A stretch of DNA of 64,000 nt from an uncultured Candidatus Saccharibacteria bacterium (GTDB taxonomy: Bacteria; Patescibacteriota; Doudnabacteria; UBA920), in contig CAZTCH010000002.1 of the NCBI GenBank assembly GCA_964612745.1, positions 1,009 through 65,008 of the forward strand. Direction: 5' to 3'. Below are positions 38,236 to 48,182 of the stretch, piece after piece. Position 1 is the first letter of the stretch. Every line of letters starts with the position of its first letter. Under the pieces are notes generated by a model, which saw only the letters and a list, made by a program, of their open reading frames with translations, did no database searches and was not told the origin of the DNA. A program made the translations under genes and the position numbers.

Positions 38236-39252
38236 TTATTTTATACTGAGTATGCTTCGTTTGTAACTGTCCAAATTATCGAGCGCTACACCAGTACCTT
38301 TTGCGACACACAAGAGCGGATCTTCTGCCACAAAACATGGCACGCCAATTGCTTCGGAAATATACCGATCAAGGTTGCGCAGTTGTGCGGTCCCACCAGT
38401 CATAACCATACCTTTGTCTATAATGTCTGCAACAAGTTCTGGTGGGGTGTCTTGCAAAACTGTTTTAATCGCACGTACTATCTCCTGTAAGTCTTCTGTA
38501 ATTGCTTCTACCACTTCGTTCGTAGACACCGTGAGCGTGCGTGGCAAACCCGTGACGCCATCACGCCCCTTGGTTTCCATGACTTCTTCTTCGGGTAATG
38601 CTTGCGCACTGCCAATAGTAATTTTGATTTCTTCTGCGGTTCTGTCGCCAATGGCAAGCCCATGGCGCTTACGCACAAAGTCTACAATGCTCTGGTCTAG
38701 CCGGTTCCCTGCGACACGTACCGAAGTGGAATTCACAATACCACCCAAAGACAACACTGCCACATCGGTAGTCCCGCCACCAATATCAATCACCAAATTT
38801 CCTGCAGCACTGCCAATTGGAATCCCCGCCCCTATTGCCGCAGCAACTGTTTCTTTAATAACAAACGCTTGGCGAGCCCCCGCAGCACGAGCCGCGTCCA
38901 ACACCGCACGACGTTCAGTCGAAGTCACACCCCCTGGCACACTAATCATAACTTCTGGCCGCACCAATCGGAACCCTGGCAACGCTTTGTTAATAAAATA
39001 ACGCAGCATTGCTTCAGTCACTCGATAGTCTGCAATCACCCCGTCTCGCATTGGCCTTCGGGCAACAATGGTTTCTGGTGTTCTACCCAACATGTCTTTT
39101 GCCTCTTGTCCCACAGCTAAGACACGGTTGTCGTCGAGCGTAATAGCTACAACGGTGGGCTCATTGATTACAATCCCTTGATGGGGCAAAAATACCAGCG
39201 TATTTGCTGTACCCAAGTCTATCCCAACTTTGTTTTGAAACCATTTAGACAT
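38236..39252 (-). CDS. mreB: Rod shape-determining actin-like protein
   Basis: GIDLGTANT, DIGGGTT, TGG.AQL. Confidence 0.95.
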   Translation of the reverse strand: MSKWFQNKVGIDLGTANTLVFLPHQGIVINEPTVVAITLDDNRVLAVGQEAKDMLGRTPETIVARRPMRDGVIADYRVTEAMLRYFINKALPGFRLVRPEVMISVPGGVTSTERRAVLDAARAAGARQAFVIKETVAAAIGAGIPIGSAAGNLVIDIGGGTTDVAVLSLGGIVNSTSVRVAGNRLDQSIVDFVRKRHGLAIGDRTAEEIKITIGSAQALPEEEVMETKGRDGVTGLPRTLTVSTNEVVEAITEDLQEIVRAIKTVLQDTPPELVADIIDKGMVMTGGTAQLRNLDRYISEAIGVPCFVAEDPLLCVAKGTGVALDNLDSYKRSILSIK

Positions 39253-39423
39253 ATGCTTCTTCAAGTTACACCTGTAGGCAGAAAGAGCTGTTTTTGCAGT
39301 ACTTTTCAGAGCTTCCCACAAACCACACGACCTCTACATGCATCTAGTATACCAAACCCTACCAGTTTGTAGTAGAGCCCAAAAGTGACTATACTATATT
39401 GAGATTATATTTATTTTTTCCTC

Positions 39424-40719
39424 ATGAAAGTTCGATACCGCTACACACTTATCGCCCTTGGCATTGCCACCTTCCTTATTCTTGCCCCATCCCTATTACT
39501 CTATGTACAGGGCAAACGGTGGACGACAAAACCAACACAGTCTCCCAAAACAGGCATTATCTCTATCGAAACAGAGCCGAATAATGCCACTGTCTTTGTA
39601 AACTCCACAGAAGAGCTCACCACCCCTGGCGCAGTCCGGTTTCTTCCTACTGGCAGATACGACACCCGTATAACCAAAGAAGGTTACAAAACATGGGAAA
39701 AAACTTTGTCGGTTATTGCCGGACGCGTGACCCACGCCAACCCAAACCCAGCCAAGCTCGCACTGGTGAAAGACACGCAACCTCAAACAATCGCTACAAA
39801 CGTCACTCATGCAGCAAGTAGCGACGAGCACATTGCGTACACTACAACCGGAAAAAAACTGGTTATTACTGACCGCACCGGAAGCACTGCAGAGTCCACA
39901 ACCTTACCAGCAGAAGCAACAACGCTGCAAACAGGAGCACAAAAAAATCAGTTCATAGTGACTGGACCAGCGTATGCATGGGTGGTTGCGCCCAACACAG
40001 CACCAATACAACTCCCCGCAAACTTTTCGGAAGGAACCACCTTCCCTACTGTAGATGCAGTCGTACACCTTACCCCCACAGGCGACCTACTCTACACCAC
40101 CCTCGCACAACCAAACAATGTAAAAATCTTAGCTCGAAAAGTGAAAGGTTTTACGCTGCACAGTTCGGATGTCTACTACCTCGCCGCAAAAGAAACGCAA
40201 CAAGACAAACCACAACAACTCCTACTCATACATGGCACACTCAAAGAAGGAGCAGTTATTGGCATGCAGGAATTTAGCACAAACCTGAACGATACAGAGA
40301 GCAGCGTGTTTCTCGACGAAGGCAAAAGCGTGTACATACTCCAAGCAAACACATTGTACCGACTCGCGGAAAATGCAAAGCAAATCGCAACGGGAGTGAC
40401 CAGTGCCAGCACTACCTCTGGAAACCTGACCTACACGACCCCGAGCGAATTTTGGTCTTACTCCAGCACGAGTGACAGCTCGTCACTAATCTCTCGTTCC
40501 TCGCAGCCCTTTAGCACGTACTTGATTGCCCCAAACAAGCAGTACGTTCTCGCTGCACCAGACAAAGAGCTGGTAGCCTTAGAAATAAATGCGGAGTTTG
40601 GGCAAAACCGTTACACCTTGGATACCGCCACAGACAAACTATCCCCGATTGCATTTATGCAAAATACCCACGCTCTGTACCTCTCAGGGACGACTCTAAA
40701 ACTGATTGAGCTATTTTAA
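39424..40719 (+). CDS. PEGA domain surface protein
   Basis: TM, then TGIISIETEPNNATVFVN..TTP..L.TGRY..I.KEGYKTW. Confidence 0.8.
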   Translation: MKVRYRYTLIALGIATFLILAPSLLLYVQGKRWTTKPTQSPKTGIISIETEPNNATVFVNSTEELTTPGAVRFLPTGRYDTRITKEGYKTWEKTLSVIAGRVTHANPNPAKLALVKDTQPQTIATNVTHAASSDEHIAYTTTGKKLVITDRTGSTAESTTLPAEATTLQTGAQKNQFIVTGPAYAWVVAPNTAPIQLPANFSEGTTFPTVDAVVHLTPTGDLLYTTLAQPNNVKILARKVKGFTLHSSDVYYLAAKETQQDKPQQLLLIHGTLKEGAVIGMQEFSTNLNDTESSVFLDEGKSVYILQANTLYRLAENAKQIATGVTSASTTSGNLTYTTPSEFWSYSSTSDSSSLISRSSQPFSTYLIAPNKQYVLAAPDKELVALEINAEFGQNRYTLDTATDKLSPIAFMQNTHALYLSGTTLKLIELF

Positions 40720-41135
40720 CGTTCCGCGTGTGCATCCAGCGCTTGGTTAACCATTCGGTCAGCGTCTTTGTTAAACTCGCGCCTCACGTGTTCAAACGTT
40801 ACTTCCGTAAAATTATTTTTTAGTTGGATTACTTTTGCAGCCAATACTTGTAGTGTTGGCTCTTTTATTTTGTACCGGCCCTGCATTTGTCGCACGATCA
40901 GTTCGCTATCCATGTACACGGCAACCGCTTGCGCACCAAGGTCTTTTGCTGTTTCCAGTGCTTTTACCAGTGCACTGTACTCCGCTACGTTGTTGGTAGC
41001 GATGCCAATGTATGACCCATGTTCAAAAATAACTTCAGAAGTTTCTGCGTTACGAATGACTACTCCAATTGCTGCGTGCCCTGGGTTACCCCGTGACCCA
41101 CCATCAGTATGTACTGTTACTTTTTGTATATGCAT
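40716..41135 (-). CDS. rnhA: Ribonuclease HI family protein
   Basis: TDGGSRGNPG, TNNVAEY, DSELI, HVRREFNKDAD. Confidence 0.9.
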   Translation of the reverse strand: MHIQKVTVHTDGGSRGNPGHAAIGVVIRNAETSEVIFEHGSYIGIATNNVAEYSALVKALETAKDLGAQAVAVYMDSELIVRQMQGRYKIKEPTLQVLAAKVIQLKNNFTEVTFEHVRREFNKDADRMVNQALDAHAER

Positions 41136-41140
41136 ATATT

Positions 41141-42874
41141 TTAGTGTACCTCAGTTTCTGCGAGGCGTATATCTATAACTCGACACTTCAACTTCCGCAC
41201 CCCATTCCACGCATCTGCCATCAACTCTACGACGACATCGCAGCGTGTCTCCAGTGGGAACATGTCGGCGATGTGCGCCATGCTAAATCCTATTCCCGCC
41301 AGTGGCACCCCACCCACGTCGAATACCACCTGCACGTGCGTAGACTCTTTACCCACTTTACGCGCTTGCTGCAACACCGCTCCGCGCAGCAAAAACACCG
41401 GCTTCGGGTTACCAGCTCCAAATGGTGCCAAACGCTCGAGCTGGTCAAAACAATCCAGTGTGAGATCTTCTACTCCCAGTACTGCGTCAACATCTATCCC
41501 TTTTTCGGATTCGAACCCTGCTGCAGTTTCGGCATAGCGAGCGATAGCAATACGAAATGCTTCTAAGTTTTCTGGTAAGAGACTCAAACCAGCTGCTTCT
41601 TTGTGGCCGCCATATTTTACTAAATACTCACTCGTCGCTTGTAGCGCAGCCACCACGTCAAATTCACCCCACGTGCGCGCCGAACCAGTGCACATATCTG
41701 TAGCTGCTTCTAGTACAATGACTGGCTTCATGAACTCGGTTGCCAAGCGGCCCGCAGCTATCCCCACAATCCCTTTAGGCCAATCTGTCCCTGCGAGCAC
41801 CAATACTTTGCGTTCACCTTGCAGCTGTGCTTGCTCTCTTGCTTCAGAAATAAGCCGACTGGTAAGCTCTTGCCTTCGTGTATTCACTTTGTCCAGCACC
41901 AGCGCTGCTTGCCCTGCCACTACAGGGTCACGAGCAAGGAGTGTGTCTAGCGCGATGTTTGCGTGCTCCAGTCGCCCTGCTGCGTTAATCCGCGGTGCAA
42001 GCAAAAACCCCAACGTGTACGTCGTGAGTTCGCTTGCTGCATCCTTAACCGCCAGCCCGAGGATGGCACGCAACCCTGCCCATTTAGTACGCGCCAGCAC
42101 TTTTAAGCCATACTTCACAAAAATACGATTTTCGCCAAGGAGACTATGACAATCTGCCACTGTTCCTATCGCTACCAAATCGAGCAGCCACTTATCCCAA
42201 TTGGCTACGTATTGCTCTTCGGAAATCCCTTTCAGTTTTACGACCTTCGCTTTTTCGTCTAAGAGCGCCTTCGCCAGTTTGTACGCCACACCCACACCAG
42301 TAATCTGATGGTCAGGATACTGCTCGGTTGGATTTTTTGGATTAATCAAAGCGTACGGTGTCGGCACTTCCCCCGTAATTTCGTGGTGGTCGGTAATAAT
42401 CAAATCGATTCCCTGCTTTTTACACCACTCCGCGACGTCCACCGAGTTAGTCCCACAGTCTACCGTTATAACCACTTGCGCACCATCTGCTTGGATTTTT
42501 TCGAATGCTTCAATGTTCAAGCCGTACCCTTCGGTAAAACGGTCAGGAATATAGCTCCCAATATCTACCCCCAAATACCGAAAGGTTTGGGTCAACACAG
42601 CGTTAGCCGTTACGGCATCTGCGTCGTAGTCACTGTAAATGACTATGCGCTCGCCTGATTCTATAGCTTTCCAAATTCTATCCACCGCCACGCGCATAGA
42701 CAAAAATGCGTAGGGGTCGTACTGGTCAGCGTAATCAATCTCCAAAAAGTGTTTAGTTTCACTTGCCGTCACCCCTCGCTGCCACAACAGCGTGGCAACC
42801 AGTGGAGTCACAGCCTCATATTCTGCCAAAACCGCCGCTGCAGGTATTTCTTTTTGCTTCCAAATCTTTGCCAT
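41141..42874 (-). CDS. recJ: ssDNA-specific exonuclease RecJ
   Basis: DYDADA, TVDCG, TDHH, PRINAAGR, GGH, PFGAGNP. Confidence 0.96.
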   Translation of the reverse strand: MAKIWKQKEIPAAAVLAEYEAVTPLVATLLWQRGVTASETKHFLEIDYADQYDPYAFLSMRVAVDRIWKAIESGERIVIYSDYDADAVTANAVLTQTFRYLGVDIGSYIPDRFTEGYGLNIEAFEKIQADGAQVVITVDCGTNSVDVAEWCKKQGIDLIITDHHEITGEVPTPYALINPKNPTEQYPDHQITGVGVAYKLAKALLDEKAKVVKLKGISEEQYVANWDKWLLDLVAIGTVADCHSLLGENRIFVKYGLKVLARTKWAGLRAILGLAVKDAASELTTYTLGFLLAPRINAAGRLEHANIALDTLLARDPVVAGQAALVLDKVNTRRQELTSRLISEAREQAQLQGERKVLVLAGTDWPKGIVGIAAGRLATEFMKPVIVLEAATDMCTGSARTWGEFDVVAALQATSEYLVKYGGHKEAAGLSLLPENLEAFRIAIARYAETAAGFESEKGIDVDAVLGVEDLTLDCFDQLERLAPFGAGNPKPVFLLRGAVLQQARKVGKESTHVQVVFDVGGVPLAGIGFSMAHIADMFPLETRCDVVVELMADAWNGVRKLKCRVIDIRLAETEVH

Positions 42875-42934
42875 ACGAGTAGTCTACCACACTTTAATAA
42901 AGCATTTAGAATAAGCCATATTTATACAACTTAA

Positions 42935-42963
42935 TTGACATAATATGTATTATATGCTATAAT
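42935..42963 (+). promoter_or_regulatory. Consensus sigma70 promoter
   Basis: TTGACA-17 bp-TATAAT with extended -10 TG. Confidence 0.8.
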
Positions 42964-43016
42964 ATTTTTAATAATTTAACAATATCGTTAAATTTATTCC
43001 CAAAAGGAGCGATGCG

Positions 43017-43157
43017 ATGCAATTGGAACATGACTTCACCTACGTTAGAACAGACGATGGACAACATCTTTTATCCCGCAAGTGCAGCACCTGCGGACTC
43101 GAGCAACAAGCAAACCAAGACACTTTCCCACAACCGGATGTGGAGTGTAATGGTTAA
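43017..43157 (+). CDS. 46-aa putative zinc-binding microprotein
   Basis: AGGAG 7 nt before ATG; MQLEHDFTYVRTDDGQHLLSRKCSTCGLEQQANQDTFPQPDVECNG; promoter upstream, terminator downstream. Confidence 0.7.
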   Translation: MQLEHDFTYVRTDDGQHLLSRKCSTCGLEQQANQDTFPQPDVECNG

Positions 43158-43180
43158 TAAAAGGTTCCAACAGCAACAAC

Positions 43181-43212
43181 AAAGAAGAGGCTATTCTCAT
43201 AGTCTCTTCTTT
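43181..43212. terminator. Intrinsic terminator
   Basis: AAAGAAGAGGCTAT...ATAGTCTCTTCTTT. Confidence 0.7.
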
Positions 43213-43245
43213 CATTTCCACGCATTATGGACATAACTCACGATT

Positions 43246-44847
43246 CTAAGTCAACGCTCGGAGCAGGCTCACCGCGGTCATTTCAGGCGGTTTTTCTAAG
43301 CCCATAAGGGCAAGCACGGTCGGTGCCACGTCACTTACTACTCCATCTGGAACTACGGTAGCCAATGAAGCATAATCTGGGCGCTCTTCTCTTATACGCC
43401 GCAAATCTTCTGCCACTAAAATAAATGGAATAGGATTGGTAGTGTGGTCTTTATCTATTTGCCCTGTTTTTACATTGACCATTTGCTCTATGTTGCCGTG
43501 GTCTGCAGTAATAATAAGGGCCCAGTCGTTCGCCAAAGCAGCTTCTGCCAGTTTCCCCATAGCGTCATCTATCGCCGCGACTGCTTGTATCCCCGCTTCC
43601 AAATTTCCGGTATGCCCCACCATGTCGGCGTTCGCATAGTTGGCCAAAATAAAATTCAGCTGTGGGTCTGCAAATTTTTCGAGCAGTACTTCGGTGAGAG
43701 CGGGTGCTGCCATTTGTGGCTGGTCAGAATAGTTGTTGCTATTGGAAGGACTGCGCACAATTTGCCTATCCTCCCCTGGGAGTGGGTCCGTGACGCCGCA
43801 ATTAAAGAACGCGGTCACGTGGGCGTATTTCTCACTTTCGGCTGCGTGAAATTGCTTTAATCCTTTTGCAGATAAATATTCTGCTAAGTTACCGTCGAGT
43901 ATTGGTGCAGAGTACGCCACGTGCACAGGCAGCCCTTGGCGATACTCCGTCATGGTGGCAAAATAAATGTTTTGCAACACCCGAATCTGCGAAGCCAACG
44001 GTGTGCGTACAGTTTCTACAAATGCTTGCGTGAGCTGCAGTGCTCGATCTTGGCGGAAATTAAAAAAGATAATTGCATCGCCATCGGCAATTTTGCCCAC
44101 CGCATGACCTTGCTCATCTACCAACACACTCGGTGGGATCATTTCGTCGTACACACCACTCGCATACTGGCCTTGGACACAGCTCTCTGCCCCTGCTGCT
44201 TCCACCCCCACACCTTCGACTAATGCGCGGTACGTCTGTTCGATTTGGTTCCAGTGTCCACCCCGATCCATTGCATAAAACCTACCCGTAATAGTCGCAA
44301 TCTTACCCACTCCAATCTCTGCAATTTTTTGCTCGAGCCTAGCTATATCTTGCAATGCTACTCGTTCTGGTGTGTCTCTGCCATCCAAAAAGATATGCAC
44401 AAACACACGGGAGATCCCCCGCATTTCCGCCAAAGCCAAAAGAGCAAATAGATGGTCAATAGACCCGTGCACGCCACCTGAGCTCGTTATGCCCATCAGG
44501 TGTAAAGCCGAGTTGTTAGCCCGAGCGTGCTCACACGCCCCCACGAGCGCTGGATTGCTATAGAAGCTGTCGTCCTGAATAGCAGCATTTATACGGGGTA
44601 AATCTTGCGCCACAATACGCCCTGCACCCATGTTTAAATGCCCCACTTCGGAGTTGCCCATCTCACCCCATGGCAAACCAACGAGAGGTCCAGATGCTTG
44701 CAAAGTCGTAGAAGGAAACTGCCCTACGAGATTATCGATGTGTGGCGTACCTGCTAACGATATGGCATTGCCCCGCGAAGGACTTGCCACGCCAAAGCCA
44801 TCCAACACAACGAGCGCTACTTTTGTATATTGTTTTGGTGTTACCAT
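43246..44847 (-). CDS. gpmI: 2,3-BPG-independent phosphoglycerate mutase
   Basis: LDGFG, MGNSEVGH, GRFYAMDR, NADMVGHTG, TADHGN. Confidence 0.97.
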   Translation of the reverse strand: MVTPKQYTKVALVVLDGFGVASPSRGNAISLAGTPHIDNLVGQFPSTTLQASGPLVGLPWGEMGNSEVGHLNMGAGRIVAQDLPRINAAIQDDSFYSNPALVGACEHARANNSALHLMGITSSGGVHGSIDHLFALLALAEMRGISRVFVHIFLDGRDTPERVALQDIARLEQKIAEIGVGKIATITGRFYAMDRGGHWNQIEQTYRALVEGVGVEAAGAESCVQGQYASGVYDEMIPPSVLVDEQGHAVGKIADGDAIIFFNFRQDRALQLTQAFVETVRTPLASQIRVLQNIYFATMTEYRQGLPVHVAYSAPILDGNLAEYLSAKGLKQFHAAESEKYAHVTAFFNCGVTDPLPGEDRQIVRSPSNSNNYSDQPQMAAPALTEVLLEKFADPQLNFILANYANADMVGHTGNLEAGIQAVAAIDDAMGKLAEAALANDWALIITADHGNIEQMVNVKTGQIDKDHTTNPIPFILVAEDLRRIREERPDYASLATVVPDGVVSDVAPTVLALMGLEKPPEMTAVSLLRALT

Positions 44848-44855
44848 AAAAAACG

Positions 44856-46085
44856 TTATTCAAGCGCGCGAATACCGGGAAGTTCTTTACCCGCTAGATA
44901 TTCCAACAAAGCTCCACCACCTGTCGACACATGATCTACATAACTTGCTTGCCCTGCCTGCCTGACCGCGTCCACTGTTTCACCACCACCCACCACTGCA
45001 AAGGCTCTACCAGTTCCGACTCCACCAACCACACGGGCCAGCGCCATCGTCGCATGATGAAACGGAGGATGCTCAAAAAATCCAAGCGGCCCGTTCCAAA
45101 TAACTGTTTTTGCTTGCTTGAGCACTTTCGCAAAGGCTAATATAGTTTTTGGTCCTGCGTCTAAAATAAGCTCACTCTTTTTTACTTCGTGAGGTGCACA
45201 CGTTCGAATAGAAGACTTTTCTAACTTAGCGTTCGCAACCACAACATCTACCGGCAACACTAATTTGCCTTTAAAGTTTTTATCCATTTGCCATGCAAGC
45301 TTCACCGCTTCACTTTCAGCTTTCGATTTCCCTATCTCATATCCCCGTGCCGCAAAAAACAAGTTTGCCAACCCACCACCAACTAAAATAGTATCGGCAC
45401 GCTGCCCAAGGTTTTGTAATGTTTTAGCTTTATCAGAAATTTTTGCCCCGCCCATCATGACTACAAATGGGCTCTTTGGGCGATGCAATAACTTTTGCAA
45501 CCCTTTAATCTCTTGCTCCAGCAACAACCCAGCAAACGAAGCAGCTGCATATTTCGGAATACCAGTAATGGAAGCTGCACGCCGATGATCAACCGCAAAC
45601 GCTTCGTTCACGTAGGCCTCACCAAGACTCGCCAACATCCGTGCGAACTTAGTGTCATTCGCTTCTTCTTCTGGATAGAACCGAATATTTTCAAGCAAAA
45701 CCAAACTCCCCAAAGGAAGTGCAGTAAGTGTTTCTCGTTCTGCTTCTTGTGTTATATCTCCGGTAAAAAAGAATAACTTCTTCAGCGCTTGTTCACCTGA
45801 TATGCTCTTTCCTTCTTGTAGTGGCACCGAAAGCAACTCTGCCAGCTTCTTCGCGACAGGCAACAGAGAATACTTTTTTACCCACGCACCATCTGGACGA
45901 CCTAAGTGACCACACAAAATAACTGTGCAACCCCTCTCTCGCAAGTAGGCAATGGTTGGCAAGATTGCACGAATCCGAAAATCGTCAGACACCTGCCCTG
46001 CGTCAGACAATGGCGTATTGATGTCGACACGCATGACTACTGTCTTGTTTTTGATTTTGCTAGACCTGAGATATGTTATTGCCAT
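44856..46085 (-). CDS. pgk: Phosphoglycerate kinase
   Basis: RVDINTP, HLGRP, LENIRF, GGAKISDK, STGGGA. Confidence 0.97.
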   Translation of the reverse strand: MAITYLRSSKIKNKTVVMRVDINTPLSDAGQVSDDFRIRAILPTIAYLRERGCTVILCGHLGRPDGAWVKKYSLLPVAKKLAELLSVPLQEGKSISGEQALKKLFFFTGDITQEAERETLTALPLGSLVLLENIRFYPEEEANDTKFARMLASLGEAYVNEAFAVDHRRAASITGIPKYAAASFAGLLLEQEIKGLQKLLHRPKSPFVVMMGGAKISDKAKTLQNLGQRADTILVGGGLANLFFAARGYEIGKSKAESEAVKLAWQMDKNFKGKLVLPVDVVVANAKLEKSSIRTCAPHEVKKSELILDAGPKTILAFAKVLKQAKTVIWNGPLGFFEHPPFHHATMALARVVGGVGTGRAFAVVGGGETVDAVRQAGQASYVDHVSTGGGALLEYLAGKELPGIRALE

Positions 46086-46123
46086 AATATAAGATACCAA
46101 TATACTAATAAATACGAATATAA

Positions 46124-46513
46124 CTAATACGTACCAATGGGATTTCGAAAGTTATCAATCCGAACAACCCGTGTTGGTTTAATATACTTATTTCTAAAAT
46201 TAACAAGAAGCGCCAACTTCAGCTGAGTCTCCTGCAAGTACCTTTGCGTTTGCTCATAGTCACTCTTCGTAAGCATTCGCTTACTTTTCATCTCAATCAC
46301 AATTTTGTTATCGATAACAAAATCTACTCTATTTCCACTTTCCCCTACTCGCAGTTCGCGTGCATATGCAAGCTTGGCGCTTCTTAAGCATTCTTCAAAC
46401 AGGTCACCATATTGCTTCTCGCGCGCATACGCCCCTAATTCGTTATGCACTTTAAACAACAACCCAGTCACTACATACGATAATTCACCGTACAAGAGCT
46501 TTGAAGATTGCAT
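46124..46513 (-). CDS. GxxExxY family PD-(D/E)XK protein
   Basis: VHNELG....EKQY, RVDFVIDNKIVIEMK, Q.QRYL, LLVNF. Confidence 0.9.
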   Translation of the reverse strand: MQSSKLLYGELSYVVTGLLFKVHNELGAYAREKQYGDLFEECLRSAKLAYARELRVGESGNRVDFVIDNKIVIEMKSKRMLTKSDYEQTQRYLQETQLKLALLVNFRNKYIKPTRVVRIDNFRNPIGTY

Positions 46514-46563
46514 GGTAGTAGTACCTATTCGTATCATTAGTACCAATTCGTTGATTGGTATCT

Positions 46564-47595
46564 TTATTTGCTTCCGACATGAATCACTTGTTCAACTAAT
46601 CGATTGCTATAGCCAAACTCATTGTCGTACCACGCAATCACTTTTACAAAGTTTCCATCGACTACTTGTGTCAGTGCTAAATCCACAATACACGAAGCTG
46701 CGTTTCCAACTATGTCAGATGAAACAATAGGTTCATTCGTTACTTCCAAAATACCTTTAAACCGAGGAGAAGCTGCGGCTGCAGATAGCACCTGATTGAT
46801 TTCTTCTTTGCTGGTGCGCTTACCGAGTAACAAGGTAAAGTCAGACAAACTTCCGACTGGTGTTGGCACACGAATAGCTAACCCGTCGAATTTTCCTTTC
46901 AAATCTGGCAATGCTTGTGTTGCAGAAATTGCAGCACCGGTCGTAGTCGGAATAATATTCACCGCTGCAGCACGAGCACGGCGCAAATCGCCACTCTTTC
47001 CCCCTGGTGGCAAACCATCTATTAAGTTCTGCTCTGCAGTGTAACTATGAATAGTGGTCATGAAAGCTTTTTCGATACCAAAGGCATCATGTAGCACACT
47101 CATGACTGGAGTAATACAGTTAGTAGTGCAAGAAGCATTACTTATAATTGGTTGACCAGTATATTCTGCGTCATTTACGCCAAGTACGATGGTTGGAGTC
47201 ACCCCTTCGTCTTTTGCTGGTGCAGAAATAACGACATGCCGCGCCCCTGCGGTAATGTGTGCTCCAGCTTTTTCGCTGTCGGTAAACCGACCAGTGCATT
47301 CAATAACCACATCTACTGCCATTGCCTTCCAAGGCAAATTCACTGGCTCTTTCTCGCCGAGGATTGGATATTCTTTTCCATCTACACTGATTGCGCTTTC
47401 CGTATGGGTTACGGTGCGATGGTATGGGCCGTAGTTGGAATCGTACTTAAGCAAATGAGCCAATACTTCAGGGCTGGTAAAGTCATTAATCGCCACAATC
47501 TCCAGTTCTGGCTTTTCCAGCGCCAACTTAAACGCTTGACGACCGATGCGTCCAAAACCATTTATACCTACACGAATCTTCTTCTGTTCTGACAT
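46564..47595 (-). CDS. gap: Glyceraldehyde-3-phosphate dehydrogenase type I
   Basis: INGFGRIGR, SNASCTTNC, WYDNEFGYS. Confidence 0.98.
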   Translation of the reverse strand: MSEQKKIRVGINGFGRIGRQAFKLALEKPELEIVAINDFTSPEVLAHLLKYDSNYGPYHRTVTHTESAISVDGKEYPILGEKEPVNLPWKAMAVDVVIECTGRFTDSEKAGAHITAGARHVVISAPAKDEGVTPTIVLGVNDAEYTGQPIISNASCTTNCITPVMSVLHDAFGIEKAFMTTIHSYTAEQNLIDGLPPGGKSGDLRRARAAAVNIIPTTTGAAISATQALPDLKGKFDGLAIRVPTPVGSLSDFTLLLGKRTSKEEINQVLSAAAASPRFKGILEVTNEPIVSSDIVGNAASCIVDLALTQVVDGNFVKVIAWYDNEFGYSNRLVEQVIHVGSK

Positions 47596-47611
47596 ACTTG
47601 TTCTGTGTTAC

Positions 47612-47836
47612 TTAATTTTCTAGTAAATAGCTCGGTACTTTGAGCTTCCCCGTTGTTGCCTGCTTGACCTTCTTATCATGCTGCGGCAACTCGACATAAT
47701 CAGTGGAAACAAACAAAGCCCCTCGCCAATACAATACCGTACCCAGCGCAAAGAGCGCAACTGTGAAAAATGCATACATGCGAAATCGGACATTGATGTC
47801 CCGAACCGACGAGCCCGCCATACCTGAGCTAAACAT
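47612..47836 (-). CDS. Small hypothetical membrane protein
   Basis: 74-aa ORF, one TM, co-oriented in the operon. Confidence 0.55.
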   Translation of the reverse strand: MFSSGMAGSSVRDINVRFRMYAFFTVALFALGTVLYWRGALFVSTDYVELPQHDKKVKQATTGKLKVPSYLLEN

Positions 47837-47970
47837 AGTGGTTGTTAGTTAATAAATGTTAAAAGAAATAGGCAAATAACTTATAGTTATCTCACTCTCT
47901 AGAGATGAGAATAACTGAGAAGTCAAAATTCAAAAGTCAAAACTACAACTATAAACTGAAAACTATGTAC

Positions 47971-48140
47971 GGAGCGTGTCCTGATGGGCATCTTCTCACA
48001 AAATCTTTGTAGCGCACTGCGGGCACTGTTTATACTACAGATATTTTAATAGAAGTATGTGAGAAGATGCCCATCAAGGGCTCGTGCATAAGAAAAGTTT
48101 TTAAATTTTTGAGTTGCAGTTTTGCGTTTTGATTTTTGAG
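47971..48140. mobile_element. Second copy of the MITE/REPIN-like element
   Basis: Inverted repeats at 47982-48000 and 48058-48076; interior matches the reverse complement of 36869-36967. Confidence 0.75.
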
Positions 48141-48182
48141 TTTCTAGTTTTGTGGTTTTCCCACCCCCTGCACCCCTGACGT

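Noticed and set aside
42933-42960. dif-like 28-mer (minus strand ATAGCATATAA-TACATA-TTATGTCAATT)
   Set aside because: It coincides with a consensus promoter, and I see no switch in gene orientation bias here; not fully excluded without whole-genome skew
43012-43236. Listed 74-aa ORF
   Set aside because: RBS spacing is too short and it runs through the terminator; the 43017 frame fits better
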